64,000 nt of DNA from Eledone cirrhosa (lineage: Eukaryota): the NCBI GenBank assembly GCA_964016885.1, contig OZ024763.1, positions 7,006,001 to 7,070,000 of the forward strand. The letters run 5' to 3'. Shown here in pieces: positions 1-13,183 of this stretch (positions are counted from its first letter, which is position 1; every line of letters starts with the position of its first letter). A program made the translations under genes and the position numbers. The notes under the pieces were generated by a model. It had not been told where the DNA came from, made no database searches, and saw only the letters and a program-made list of their open reading frames with translations.

Positions 1-144
1 CCCCCTCCTACTCCTGCACAGATTGATATACACCGTGTACACATACACACACATACACACACACACATCTATTTCAGTTGGTCTTTTTATTTATGTATTG
101 TTTGGCAATGTTGTTATTTTCATTCTAGCCTAATTAATGCTTCA

Positions 145-315
145 CACGCACGTGTGTGTGTGTGTATATATGTGTGTGTGTATATGTGTGTGTGTGTGTA
201 TATATGTGTATATATATGTGTGTGTGTGTGTATATATGTATGTGTATGTTACTACCTCTTTGTACATTCAACCAGACATGCTCACACACATACACATATA
301 TATATGTACATAAAC

Positions 316-397
<82 letters not shown>

Positions 398-568
398 TAA
401 ACACACACAGCTAAATCATGCCACAATATAGAACGGACGTATGATGATGATGATGATACGCATACATTAAGTACTTTATATTGGCTCAATTATTAATTAG
501 TGACCACCATTCATACACACACAAACTTATATATATACACAGACATATATATATACACACATATATAG

Positions 569-608
<40 letters not shown>

Positions 609-950
609 ACACACACGTTTGTATACTTAAAATACATTATATTTAAGTTTAATTGTTAATTACCAACCACTCTTCACACACTGTTACACACACATACTGT
701 TACACACACATACACATAGAGAAATACAGACACACTCACACAAATAGTGACATACACATACACTCACACATTCTCAGAAATATAGATACACTCACACAGA
801 CATACAGATAAACACACACTGATACAGACACACACACACCGACACACACACACAGACATACACCGACACACACACACAGACATATACAGACATATACGGA
901 CACAGGCACACACTGACATACATACAAAGACACTCACACCTACACCTACT
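145..950. repeat. Compound (TG)n/(CA)n/(TA)n microsatellite block
   Basis: Dinucleotide runs read directly; explains the VC/HT/YI-rich ORFs. Confidence 0.95.
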
Positions 951-1044
951 CCCCCCTCCCACATGACAAAGAAAGGATGTGAAAGATTAGACTTAAAATT
1001 CCTGCTCTACACATGTGTGACAACAGTGGAGATGGCAGATCAGT

Positions 1045-2306
1045 GATGACAACAGCAACAGCAGCAGCAGCAGCAGCAACAATAGCAGCAGCAGCAGCAA
1101 CAACAATAACAGTAACAACAACAATAACAGCAACAGCAGCAATAATAGCAGCAACAACAACAATAACAGCAACAACAATAACAGCAACAACAGTAATAAC
1201 AGCAATGACAACAACTACAGTAATGACAAGTAATAGCAACAACAACAACAAGAGCAACAACAATAACAGCAGCAATAACAATAACAGTAATATCAACAAC
1301 AATAACAGTAATGATGACAATAAGTAATAAGAACAGCAATGGCAGCGTGACAACAACAAGGACACTGACTACAAGAACAACACGAATGGAAACAGAAACA
1401 AGACAACCATAACAATGACAACGACAACCATAACAATGACAACGACAACCATAACAATGACAACGACAACCATAACAATGACAACGACAACCATAACAAT
1501 GACAACAACAATAACAATGACAACAATGACAACAACCATAACAACCATAACAATGACAACAACCATAACAACAACAACCATAACAACAACAACCATAACA
1601 ACAACAACCATAACAACAACAACCAAAACAACAACAACCATAACAATGACAACAACAACCATAACAATGACAACAACCATAACAATGACAACAACAACCA
1701 TAACAATGACGACAACCATAACAATGACAACAACCATAACAATGACAACAACAATAACAATGACAACAACAATAACAATGACAACAACAACCATAACAAT
1801 GACAACAACAACCATAACAATGACAACAATAACAATAACAATGACAACAACCATAACAATGACAACAACAATAACAATGACAACAACAACCATAACAACG
1901 ACAACAACAACCATAACAATGACAACAACAATAACGACAACAATGACAACAACCATAACAATGACAACAACCATAACAATGACAACAACAACCATAACAA
2001 TGACAACAACCATAACAATGACAACAACCATAACAATGACAACAACAACCATAACAATAACAACAACCATAACAATGACAACAACCATAACAACGACAAC
2101 AACAACCATAACAATGACAACAACAATAACGACAACAATGACAACAACCATAACAATGACAACAACCATAACAATGACAACAACAACCATAACAATGACA
2201 ACAACCATAACAATGACAACAACCATAACAATGACAACAACAACCATAACAATAACAACAACCATAACAATGACAACAACCATAACAACAACCATAACAA
2301 TGACAA
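1045..2306. repeat. Trinucleotide-based (ACA/GCA/ATA/ATG) low-complexity minisatellite
   Basis: Units like ACAACCATAACAATG repeated over ~900 bp; source of the poly-T/L/V ORFs. Confidence 0.95.
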
Positions 2307-2684
2307 GAAGCGAATTGTGAAACTGAATATTTAATCCCTTATTAGTTGTAGGGAGACATGGCTGTGTGGTTAAGGGGTTTTACTTTGAAACTCCCTAGTT
2401 CTTCAGGATTTAATAATATATAATAATATTCTTTGGAGGGATTTAATAATATAACTTTCTCATTATTAAGTTAGTGTTTGGAACATAACTTAACAAAGGT
2501 TCTTACATAGATTTATGATGAAGGGTTTTAAACATCAACAGCTAAGTAGGTATCTTAGAACCAGGGGCAATTTGGTAAGGAAAGGGTATCCAAGAATCTT
2601 TCCTTCTCTCTCACTGTGCCCCCTGAAAGACTCTTTGGAATTTAATCACTTCCAGCTGGTTTTTTCCTTTCTCCTTCCTTCCAC

Positions 2685-3185
2685 AACACCACCATCACCA
2701 TCACAGCACAGCACAGCACACCACACCACACCACACCAAAGCACAGCACCATTACACCACACCATCACATAACAGCACCACTACTCCAACCACACCACAC
2801 CACCACTACTCCAACCACACCACACCACAGCACCACTACTACAACCACACCACACCACCACACCTTACCCACCACCACAGCACCACTACTCCAACCACAC
2901 CACACCACACCACAGCACCACTACTACAACCACACCACAGCACAGCACAGCACCACTACTACCACCTTACCCACCACCACAGCACCACCACTCCAACCAC
3001 ACCACAGCACTACTCCAACCTTACCCACCACCACAGCACCACTACTCCAACCACACCACACCACACCACCACCACAGCACCACTACTCCAACCACACCAC
3101 ACCACAGCAGCACTACTACAACCACACCACAGCACACCACAGCACCACTACTACCACCTTACCGACCACCACCACCACCATCACT
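2685..3185. repeat. CAC/CACCA-rich low-complexity repeat
   Basis: Recurrent cacagcaccactactccaaccacac units. Confidence 0.9.
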
Positions 3186-3390
3186 AGCCAAAGCTGAGTT
3201 TCTTTACCTTCCATTAGGTGTCCTGTTACATGAACCAGCTGGAGATGTTGATAGAATGAGGAGGAAATGGTAGAGTGGGTATTGGCATTGGGTTCTTTCC
3301 ATGTGTGTGTGTGTGTGTGGGTGGGTGGGTGTGTGTGTATATATATATACACACACACTCCATTACTAAATTGCAGTTGGGTTCCTTATG

Positions 3391-3455
<65 letters not shown>

Positions 3456-3767
3456 TATACACATATATATATACACACTAAAGTAGGTGTCCTAAATACC
3501 ATTGTAGTTTATTGAAGAGAAAAGTGGCTGCGTGTATCTGGTTTACAATAGGTCCATCATAGCCCTGTTGGTCTGTGAGAAGTGACACTAAAAGGGTTGG
3601 TCAGGTCTTTACTGTGTGTGTCAGTACCGAAGCGGGGCTACTGACCTCCTGTAGATGGGCTAGAGGTTCACATCTTGCTTACATTTAGTTCATTGTTTCT
3701 ACCGAGTGCATTTTATCTTAACACCAGTACTATAGAGGTTGTCTGGTGCTAGTGTCACTATAATATA

Positions 3768-4790
3768 TCATCATCATTGTTTAATGTCCATCTTCCACGC
3801 TAGCATGGGTTAGACGGGTTTGTCCCATTTAAAGGCAAGTTGGGTCGGATGACTCTCTCTCTCTCTCATATAGGACTTTCTGGCTGGTTTTCTACGGCTG
3901 GATGTCCTTCCTAGCGCCTACCACATTTACAGTGTGTTGGGTGCTTTTTACTGCATCTTTTACACAACCACATTACAGTGTGGACTGGATGCGTTTTGTT
4001 GTGACACCTACACAACTACTTTACAGTGTGGACTGGGTGCTTTTTACCATGTCTTTTACACAACTACTTTACAGTGTGGACTGGGTGCTTTTTACTGCAT
4101 CTTTTACATAACCACATTACAGTGTGGACTGGATGCGTTTTGTTGTGACACCTACACAACTACTTTACAGTGTGGACTGGGTGCTTTTTACTGCATCTTT
4201 TACATAACCACATTACAGTGTGGACTGGATGCGTTTTGTTGTGACACCTACACAACTACTTTACAGTGTGGACTGGGTGCTTTTTACCATGTCTTTTACA
4301 CAACTACTTTACAGTGTGGACTGGGTGCTTTTTACTGCATCTTTTACATAACCACATTACAGTGTGGACTGGATGCGTTTTGTTGTGACACCTACACAAC
4401 TACTTTACAGTGTGGACTGGGTGCTTTTTACTGCATCTTTTACATAACCACATTACAGTGTGGACTGGATGCGTTTTGTTGTGACACCTACACAACTACT
4501 TTACAGTGTGGACTGGGTGCTTTTTACCATGTCTTTTACACAACTACTTTACAGTGTGGACTGGGTGCTTTTTACTGCATCTTTTACATAACCACATTAC
4601 AGTGTGGACTGGATGCGTTTTGTTGTGACACCTACACAACTACTTTACAGTGTGGACTGGGTGCTTTTTACCATGTCTTTTACACAACTACTTTACAGTG
4701 TGGACTGGGTGCTTTTTACCATGTCTTTTACACAACCACTTTACAGTGTGGACTGGGTGCTTTTTGTAGTGACACCTACTCGACGATTTT
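3768..4790 (-). mobile_element. SINE 3' module with (TGA)n tail, internally expanded into a 48-bp minisatellite (~18 units)
   Basis: Tail catcatcat..gtccatcttccacgctagcatgggtt and ggatg(t/c)ccttcct motif shared with 21776, 46810, 57643 and 62033; 48-bp units 3930-4790. Confidence 0.85.
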
Positions 4791-4996
4791 ACACACACGT
4801 GTGTGTGTGTGTATATATCTATATATCTATATCATCACTATACTGAAGTGTGGCTACTGACCACTTCCAAGAGGCTGGAGGGTCACATCTCATTTACATA
4901 CAGTTACTCCTGTCTTCCGAGTGTATGTTATCTTGGCACCAGCACTAGAGAGGTTGTCATATACTTGTGCTACAATAATATATTTATACATATATA

Positions 4997-5080
4997 CAGG
5001 GTGTCCCCCCAGAATGTATACACACTTTGATTACCTGTACAGGCAATATTTATTAGTGTGTATATATTTTTGACACCCTG
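4997..5080. mobile_element. Tiny Tc1/mariner-like MITE (84 bp)
   Basis: TA-CAGGGTGTC...GACACCCTG-TA; second copy in opposite orientation at 45065-45166. Confidence 0.8.
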
Positions 5081-5469
5081 TATATATGTATATATATATA
5101 TGTACATATGTATATATATACATACACACGTGTGCATACATGTCTATATACACATATATATATATATACACATATGTATACATTACACACACACATGTAT
5201 GTATATATATGTAATCTCCTTCTCTTAATTTCGAGTATATGTTTGACAGGCCACCTTCCTGGTGGCAAGATTGTAAAAGAAAAGAAATTGTCATGCCTTG
5301 AATCGCAAGAATGTTTTGCAAATTTTGAAGGTGCCAGCTATCGCAGCCTTTTGTAGACTGTATAAATATATGTATATATGTATGTATGTATGTATATATA
5401 TGTATGTATGTATATGTATGTATATGTGTGTATATATATATGCGTGTATGTATGTATGTAATGTATGTA

Positions 5470-5507
<38 letters not shown>

Positions 5508-5754
5508 CATGATCCTTATTATTTAACGTCTGCTTCCCATTACTATCTTAGAGGGAAAGAATCAAGTTAGTCTTGAAATATGATTGAAGACTTTACAAGT
5601 TCTTCAGTTCCTTTCCAGTTGTATAAATCTAAACCAAGACCCATCCCTCACTCTTCTACAAGACAGCTGTCTTTAATATATTTACAACCTTCACTCCTTC
5701 TCAATCTAAACACAACTTTATTTAGCTTTGTTTGTTTGTTTTTCGCATGCTACT

Positions 5755-6750
5755 CTTTTACTGGTTTCACTCATTAGACTGTGGCCATGCTGGGGCACTG
5801 GTTTCACTCGTTAAGTTGTGGCCATGCTGGGGCACCACATTCTATAGTCTTCTTTTACTGGTTTCAGTGATTAGACTGTGGCCATGCTGGGGCACTGGTT
5901 TCACTCGTTAAGTTGTGGCCATGCTGGGGCACCACATTCTATAGTCTTCTTTTACTGGTTTCAGTGATTAGACTGTGGCCATGCTGGGGCACTGGTTTCA
6001 CTCGTTAAGTTGTGGCCATGCTGGGGCACCACATTCTATAGTCTTCTTTTACTGGTTTCAGTGATTAGACTGTGGCCATGCTGGGGCACTGGTTTCACTC
6101 GTTAAGTTGTGGCCATGCTGGGGCACCACATTCTATAGTCTTCTTTTACTGGTTTCAGTGATTAGACTGTGGCCATGCTGTGGAACTGGTTTCACTCGTT
6201 AAGTTGTGGCCATGCTGGGGCACCACATTCTATAGTCTTCTTTTAATGGTTTCACTCATTAGACTGTGGCCATGCTGGGGCACTGGTTTCACTCGTTAAG
6301 TTGTGGCCATGCTGGGGCACCACATTCTATAGTCTTCTTTTACTGGTTTCAGTGATTAGACTGTGGCCATGCTGGGGCACTGGTTTCACTCGTTAAGTTG
6401 TGGCCATGCTGGGGCACCACATTCTATAGTCTTCTTTTAATGGTTTCACTCATTAGACTGTGGCCATGCTGGGGCACTGGTTTCACTCGTTAAGTTGTGG
6501 CCATGCTGGGGCACCACATTCTATAGTCTTCTTTTACTGGTTTCAGTGATTAGACTGTGGCCATGCTGGGGCACTGGTTTCACTCGTTAAGTTGTGGCCA
6601 TGCTGGGGCACCACATTCTATAGTCTTCTTTTACTGGTTTCAGTGATTAGACTGTGGTCATGCTGGGGCACTCTTCTTTTACTGGTTTCACTCACTAGAT
6701 TGGCCATGCTGGGGCATTCTTCTTTTACTGGTTTCACTCATTAGATTGTA
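5755..6750. repeat. 97-bp dimeric tandem repeat (~10 copies) built from a SINE-tail-like motif
   Basis: Period 97 (5860 to 5957); each unit has two tgtggccatgctggggcac motifs that occur dispersed at ~8880, 51815 and 54410. Confidence 0.9.
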
Positions 6751-6907
6751 GCCATTCAAGAGATGTATTCTCTGGCAATGGTAGTGGTGGTGGTGAGGAT
6801 ATAGTAATGGTGGTGTGGTGTATGTAGTGGTGGGGGATTGGGTGAAGTCTTTATCTGTTATAATAAACCAACAGACCAAGGAATGGTGTATGTTGTCTTA
6901 TATCTAT

Positions 6908-6942
<35 letters not shown>

Positions 6943-7625
6943 CGCATGTAGTCATATTTCATACATAGTTGTATATATTTCTTCGTAATTACCAGAATGT
7001 CTTGAAATAGAAATTATCTGAAGAATAATATTTTGAAAATATCTGTAAATTCTTGTCCACAGACTTCTTTGGTATTTTAAAGTCTAAGGTGAACTTTGGG
7101 TGTTAAAATCTTTATCTGCTGCTTACAGAGGGTTATTTCACATGGTATGGGTCATATGTTGTTTATTGCCATATAATTATATATATATATATACATATAT
7201 ATATACATACATATATATATATAACAACAACAAAGTAGCGGTGTTACATGAGTGATTTATTGCTTAACTCAGTTACAAATGTTTCCCAGGCAGCTGGATT
7301 TACTGAACCTTTTGCACGTATATGTATATATATATATGGAGGGGTAGAGAGGGCCCTTGAGTCTAGTAAGACATCCTCTCTAGTGCTGGTGGCACAAATA
7401 AAAGCACCCAGTCCATGCTGTAAAGTGGCGCTGGTGTTAGGAAGGGCATCCAACCAGTGTATCAATGCCAAAAAACTTATCAGCACAGCAACAAAACAAA
7501 ACGAAACAGCATATTAGAATATAAATATTAATAAAATAGATGTTCTTCTAATCTACTGTAAAACTCATTCTTTGATATACTCATTGACTTTTGTTTAACT
7601 CTTCAATATATATATATATATATAT

Positions 7626-7964
7626 CGTCTGCCTTTCCTTGCTTGCAAGGGTGGGACGGGTCCTCTTCAGCACAGCATCTCTCCATTTGTCATGGTCCCT
7701 CGTCATCTCCTCTGTGAGCTTCAGCGATTTGAGGTCAGCTCTCACCACCTCCGCCTATGTTTTTCGTGGTCTTCCTCTACTGCATCTTACTTCCACCGGG
7801 ATTACTTGGCGCTTCTTCACCCAGCGGTCATCTTCCATGTGCATCACATGGCCATAGCAATGCAGTCTTCTCCCCTGCACACAACAGTTTATCCCTCTTA
7901 TACACAGTTTCACTCTCAACTTGTCCATGCTTGGTCATTCATGCACATTGACATTGCACATCCA
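7626..7964 (-). mobile_element. 5'-truncated RTE-clade LINE (family 1), ORF2 C-terminus and 3' end, degenerate
   Basis: Minus-strand translation ..RRLHCYGHVMHMEDDRWVKK..RGRPRKT*AEVVRADLKSLKLTEEMTRDHDKWRDAV.. matches the RTE C-terminal LRWxGHV/RGRPRKTW/DRxxWR pattern; contains stops. Confidence 0.85.
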
Positions 7965-8023
7965 TCCATATATATAACCCATGCTAGTATGGAAAGTGAG
8001 TGGATGTTAGACGACGATGGTAC

Positions 8024-8055
<32 letters not shown>

Positions 8056-8206
8056 GTATGTTGGGTTATATTGGAGTTTACCAATACATATCATGTTAAA
8101 GATTATAGAAGCTCTATGCTAATCAGTATCTTTGGTCCAGTAGTAACCGAAAAAGGCTGAGGGAGTTTTTTGCCTCTGTAGATTCCACTATAGACTTATG
8201 GCACAG

Positions 8207-8266
<60 letters not shown>

Positions 8267-8393
8267 AAAGTTTTATTTAAAATTGTTGGGTTACAACGAG
8301 TAAATATTTTATAACTGATATAAAGCACTCAACAAGTTTTGGAGTAGATATACGATATTAAACAAATGGAAACTATATTTATAAAACCATATT

Positions 8394-8459
8394 TATTTCA
8401 TTATACATATTTCAGGGATACCATATTAAAAATATGGCATGCCTTCTTCAGATAAAATA
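8394..8459 (-). ncRNA. Minimal type I hammerhead ribozyme (left arm)
   Basis: Minus strand: stem I TATTTTAT/ATGAAATA, core CTGAAGA, stem II AGGCATGCCATATT-TTT-AATATGGTATCCCT, GAA, stem III ATATGTAT, cleavage nucleotide A. Confidence 0.8.
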
Positions 8460-8603
8460 CAATATATAAGCAGTTTTATAAATAAATTTGACGTACCATA
8501 GAATATTCATCAACTTCCATTTAAAAAAGTTGGTTTTTTTAAATGGAAGTTGATGAATATTCCATGGTACGTCAAATTTATTTATAAAACTGCTTATATA
8601 TTG

Positions 8604-8669
8604 TATTTTATCTGAAGAAGGCATGCCATATTTTTAATATGGTATCCCTGAAATATGTATAATGTAATA
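8604..8669 (+). ncRNA. Minimal type I hammerhead ribozyme (right arm)
   Basis: CTGAAGA 8612-8618, stem II 8619-8649, GAA 8650-8652, ATATGTAT 8653-8660, A8661, stem I 3' strand ATGTAATA (one mismatch), overlapping AATAAA. Confidence 0.78.
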
Positions 8670-9091
8670 AATATAGTTTCCATTTGTTTAATATCGTATA
8701 TCTACTCCAAAACTTGTTGAGTGCTTTATATCGGTTATAAAATATTTACTCGTTGTAACCCAACAATTTTAAATAAAACTTTTGCATATATATATATATA
8801 TATAGGAGGGTCAGCTGAAAAGTTCATTGGTTGGACAAGATACTCTCATGGAATGATCAAATGAGGTTTATTCTTTCATGTGGCCATGCTGGGGCATCAC
8901 CTGGCAGAAACTTAGTATATCATATCAACCCCAATATTCTGTAATTGGTTTCAGCTATTAGACTGTGGCCATACTGGGACAGTGGCACCTTGAAGGGATT
9001 TAGCTTATCACACACACACACACACACTCATCTATATATATATATATATATATATACTCCCGATTGAACCCGGGATAAACATATATATATA

Positions 9092-9174
<83 letters not shown>

Positions 9175-9248
9175 GCACACACATATATAGTCTGTCCAGT
9201 ATTTGTTTTGCATGTTCAGTACTTATTTTGATTGCTTTTAGTTGAACT

Positions 9249-9284
<36 letters not shown>

Positions 9285-9559
9285 TAACGATCTCTATCAC
9301 TCTCTCCCCCTCCCTTACTGTCTATCACTCCTCTCTCCCTAGAACTCTCTCTTCTCCCACTATCCTCTCTCTCCTTTCTTTTTCCTCCTTCTCATCTCTC
9401 TCCCTAACAGTCTCTATCACTCTGTCCCCTCCCTCCGTCTGTCCCCTCCCTCAGCACCCCCTCCCACCCTACACTATATTCTGTCACTATTTCAAGAACT
9501 ATGTCAAAGATCTGAGAAACTTCTTTCATTCCAAACAACAACAATAAACTAATTTCTTC

Positions 9560-9630
9560 TTTATCAGTCTCTGCCAAAGTCACGTTCTGATTGGTCCACC
9601 TTCTGATAAACCTTCATCCCCATTGGTTGT
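9560..9630. promoter_or_regulatory. Possible cis-regulatory cluster: two ATTGG (CCAAT) boxes 32 bp apart plus two GATA sites
   Basis: CTGATTGGT at 9587-9595, CATTGGT at 9621-9627, TTATCA 9561, TGATAA 9604, in a non-repetitive island; motif match only. Confidence 0.25.
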
Positions 9631-10285
9631 TCTATGCCATACCTTGTTGTTGTTGATTACCCTCTATCTGACTTATATATATAGTGTGTGTGTGTGTATA
9701 TATATGTATGTATGTGTATATATGTGTGTGTATATATATATATATATATGTTTGCATATATATATGTGTATATATATTTTTTTGTTTAAACTTTAAATAA
9801 GAACCACAACGCTGGTGTGTATTTACCACACACACCCTCTCTTACTCCTTCTCTCACACTCTCTGACTCCTCTCACCCTCTCTCACACCTTCTCACCCTC
9901 TCTCTCTCACTCACTGTTCAGACACACATGCTTTGTTTTAAATCCCAGTTAAACCTTATTGTTGTTATGTAGTCAGGCGTGTGTGTCTGTGTGTGTCTGT
10001 GTGTCTGTATATATGTACACGAGTATGTGTGTGTGTCTGTGTGTGCATGTGTATATATGTGTGTATATAAAGATATATAGATATATGTATTGATACATGT
10101 GCATATGTATATAGATGTGTATGTATATATATATGTCTGTGTACTTGTGTATATATGTGTGTGTATATAAATATATAGATATATGTATTGACACATGTGC
10201 ATATGTATATAGATGTGTATGTATATATATATGTCTGTGTACTTGTGGATATGTGTGCATGTGTATATATATATGTGTGTGTGTG

Positions 10286-10318
<33 letters not shown>

Positions 10319-10524
10319 ATGTGCATATGTTTTTGTTTAACGTGTGTATAACCTATATGTATGTATGTATGTGTGTATGTGTGTATGTGTTGTAGTAATG
10401 TTGTGTTTGCCTGAGTGGTTTGAAAGTAAATTAAAGTTAAGCTACAGCTCAGTGACCCTGGGACAGATTCTCAGACAATCTCTGTAGCATTACACTGGTT
10501 CTATACATTGTTGATTCTTGACTC

Positions 10525-11305
10525 ACACAGGACCTGCTAATACAACACACACACTATATATATCTATACACACACAGGACCTGCTAATACAACATACACA
10601 CATACACACTATATATATATCTATACACACAGGACCTGCTAATACAACATACACACATACACACTATATATACACACACACACACAGGACCTGCTAATAC
10701 AACATACACACATACACACTATATATATATATACACACACAGGACCTGCTAATACAACATACACACATACACACTATATATATATATACACACACACACA
10801 CAGGACCTGCTAATACAACATACACACATACACACTATATATATATACACACACACATACAGGACCTGCTAATACAACATACACACATACACACTATATA
10901 TATCTATACACACACACACACAGGACCTGCTAATACAACATACACACTATATATATATATACACACACACACACAGGACCTGCTAATACAACATACACAC
11001 ATACACACTATATATATATACACACACACATACAGGACCTGCTAATACAACATACACACATACACACTATATATATCTATACACACACACACACAGGACC
11101 TGCTAATACAACATACACACATACACACTATATATATCTATACACACACACACACAGGACCTGCTAATACAACATACACACATACACACTATATATATCT
11201 ATACACACACACACACAGGACCTGCTAATACAACATACACACATACACACTATATATATATACACACACACAGGACCTGCTAATACAACATACACACATA
11301 CACAC

Positions 11306-11337
<32 letters not shown>

Positions 11338-11560
11338 GGACCTGCTAATACAACATACACACACACACACACACACACAGGACCTGCTAATACAACACAC
11401 ACACACTATATATATATACACACACACAGGACCTGCTAATACAACATACACACATACACACTATATATATCTATACACACACAGGACCTGCTAATACAAC
11501 ATACACACACACACAGGACTTACTAATACAATACGTGCACACACTAGTGTTACTAATATA
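10525..11560. repeat. Compound minisatellite (~55-62 bp): constant caggacctgctaatacaaca plus variable (TA)n/(CA)n
   Basis: Constant 20-mer recurs throughout, separated by microsatellite spacers. Confidence 0.95.
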
Positions 11561-12139
11561 ACACACACACACACAATATATACACACACACACTATATAT
11601 ATACACACACTGGAGCTACTAATACAACATATATAGACAGGACTTAACAGCACATATGGTGTCACACTCACACACTGAACACAATTGGTGTCACACTCCT
11701 GAAGGCCTTACTAACACTAACATACACACACACACACACACACATATGGCACCATGCACATACACAACATTCACAGTACTGCCAGAGTTTGTATTGACTC
11801 AGAGGACCTAGTAACACATACACACACCACCACATATGTCACCATACACACCACCACATATGTCACCACACACACCATACACACACACCACGTGTGACCT
11901 TACATGCTGACACATGCGATATTACACACACATCTCACTACACACACACACACCACACATGACCTTACACACACACACCACATATGGCATCAAGAAAGTC
12001 TCTCCATGTTCTGCTCCAGTAGATTTTAGTTTAAATTTACTGCCGTCCTGCTGTCTTTGTCTGGGTTCCTGGGTGCTTCGTTAAACACCATATGTACATA
12101 TCTATGTAATTATTTACTTTAAAACACTTTCCATATACC

Positions 12140-12592
12140 TAACCACCTGAAAACTGCCCCCCCCCCCCCCTCTCTACCTATGACCCCCACTTCTAGAATA
12201 GAAAACTGTTTGGCTAGAAGTGTTTATATTTATCTAAAAATCTTCCATCATAAATTTATCTACGAACCTTGGTTATGTTATGCTCCAAACACCAACTTCA
12301 TATTGAGAGTTACCGTATATACTCGAATGTAAGCTGACCCCACTACTTTGTCTGAGAAATGAACAAAGATCCAAACTTTTTTATGTAGGATTTGAAATTG
12401 GTGGAAATTGTCGAAATATTGACCTCAAATATAAGCCGACCCTCTTCAAACATCGGTTTTGTTTTGGTTTATATTTGAATATATATGGTAAATAAGAATA
12501 TTGCTAAATCCTTTAAAATTCTTGATTAGCAAAATTATTTAAAAGACTTAGATTGTGTCTTTCATTAGAAATTTTTGTAATGAAGGGGTTAA
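12140..12592 (-). mobile_element. piggyBac-like MITE family A (degenerate), interrupted by a pogo/Tc2-like MITE
   Basis: Ends ..gaaggggTTAA; internal gttatgt..ccaaacaccaactt is the reverse complement of the copy at 34165-34596. Confidence 0.7.
12313..12488. mobile_element. pogo/Tc2-like MITE
   Basis: TA-CCGTATATACTCGAATGTAAGC...GGTTTATATTTGAATATATATGG-TA: imperfect TIRs and TA duplication. Confidence 0.7.
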
Positions 12593-12912
12593 TGACATAG
12601 ACTGTCTTTCATTACAAATATGGTAATGAAAGGGTTAATGACATAGACAGTGTCTTTCATTAGAAATATAGTAATGAAAGGGTTAATGACATAGACAGTG
12701 TCTTTCATTAGAAATATGGTAATGAAAGGGTTAATGACATAGACAGTGTATTTCATTAGAAATATGGTAATGAAAGGGTTAAAGACATAGACAGTGTCTT
12801 TCATTAGAAATATAGTAATGAAAGGGTTAAAGACATAGACAGTGTCTTTCATTAGAAATATAGTAATGAAAGGGTTAAAGACATAGTAGACAGTGTCTTT
12901 CATTAGAAATAT
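12555..12912 (-). repeat. 48-bp tandem array of the piggyBac-like MITE terminus
   Basis: Unit is the reverse complement of TTAACCCTTTCATTACCATATTTCTAATGAAAGACACTGTCTATGTCT; ~7 copies. Confidence 0.9.
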
Positions 12913-13166
12913 GACATAGCAAAAAAAAACAAAAAAAAAACGAACCCGTCCATCTTAAATTTATGCAAGAACTTTTAAGTTATGTTCCAAACACCAACTT
13001 ATTAATGAGAGTTATATTACTAAACCCCAGAAAATTCTTGATTACTTCCAGAATCATCTGAAAACTATAGGGGAGAGTGTGTTTCATTAGAAACATGGAA
13101 TGAAAGGGTTATACGTACACACCAGCCCTCCTCTCTATCCTCCTCAGCTCCCCGTTTTTATAATTC

Positions 13167-13183
13167 TGCCACTAGATGGAGGC
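13167..13183 (+). promoter_or_regulatory. CTCF-like motif
   Basis: TGCCACTAGATGGAGGC versus consensus CCASYAGRKGGCRS; one core mismatch; motif only. Confidence 0.25.

Larger units (their letters stand above)
8264..8785. mobile_element. 522-bp near-perfect palindrome in (TA)n; inverted pair of Penelope-like pseudo-LTR segments
   Basis: Arms of ~250-265 bp with loop gttggt (8529-8534); (TA)n both sides; one hammerhead motif per arm; single-arm relative at ~49490-49640. Confidence 0.8.

Noticed and set aside
1293-2320. Mucin-like poly-Thr / poly-Leu / poly-Val ORFs
   Set aside because: Trinucleotide low-complexity DNA open on both strands; no signal peptide or splice evidence.
7010-7050. CTGAAGA...GAAA hammerhead-like match
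   Set aside because: No convincing stem I, II or III.
10525-11560. CRISPR-like constant repeat with variable spacers
   Set aside because: Spacers are only (TA)n/(CA)n length variants of one another; eukaryotic context; no cas genes.
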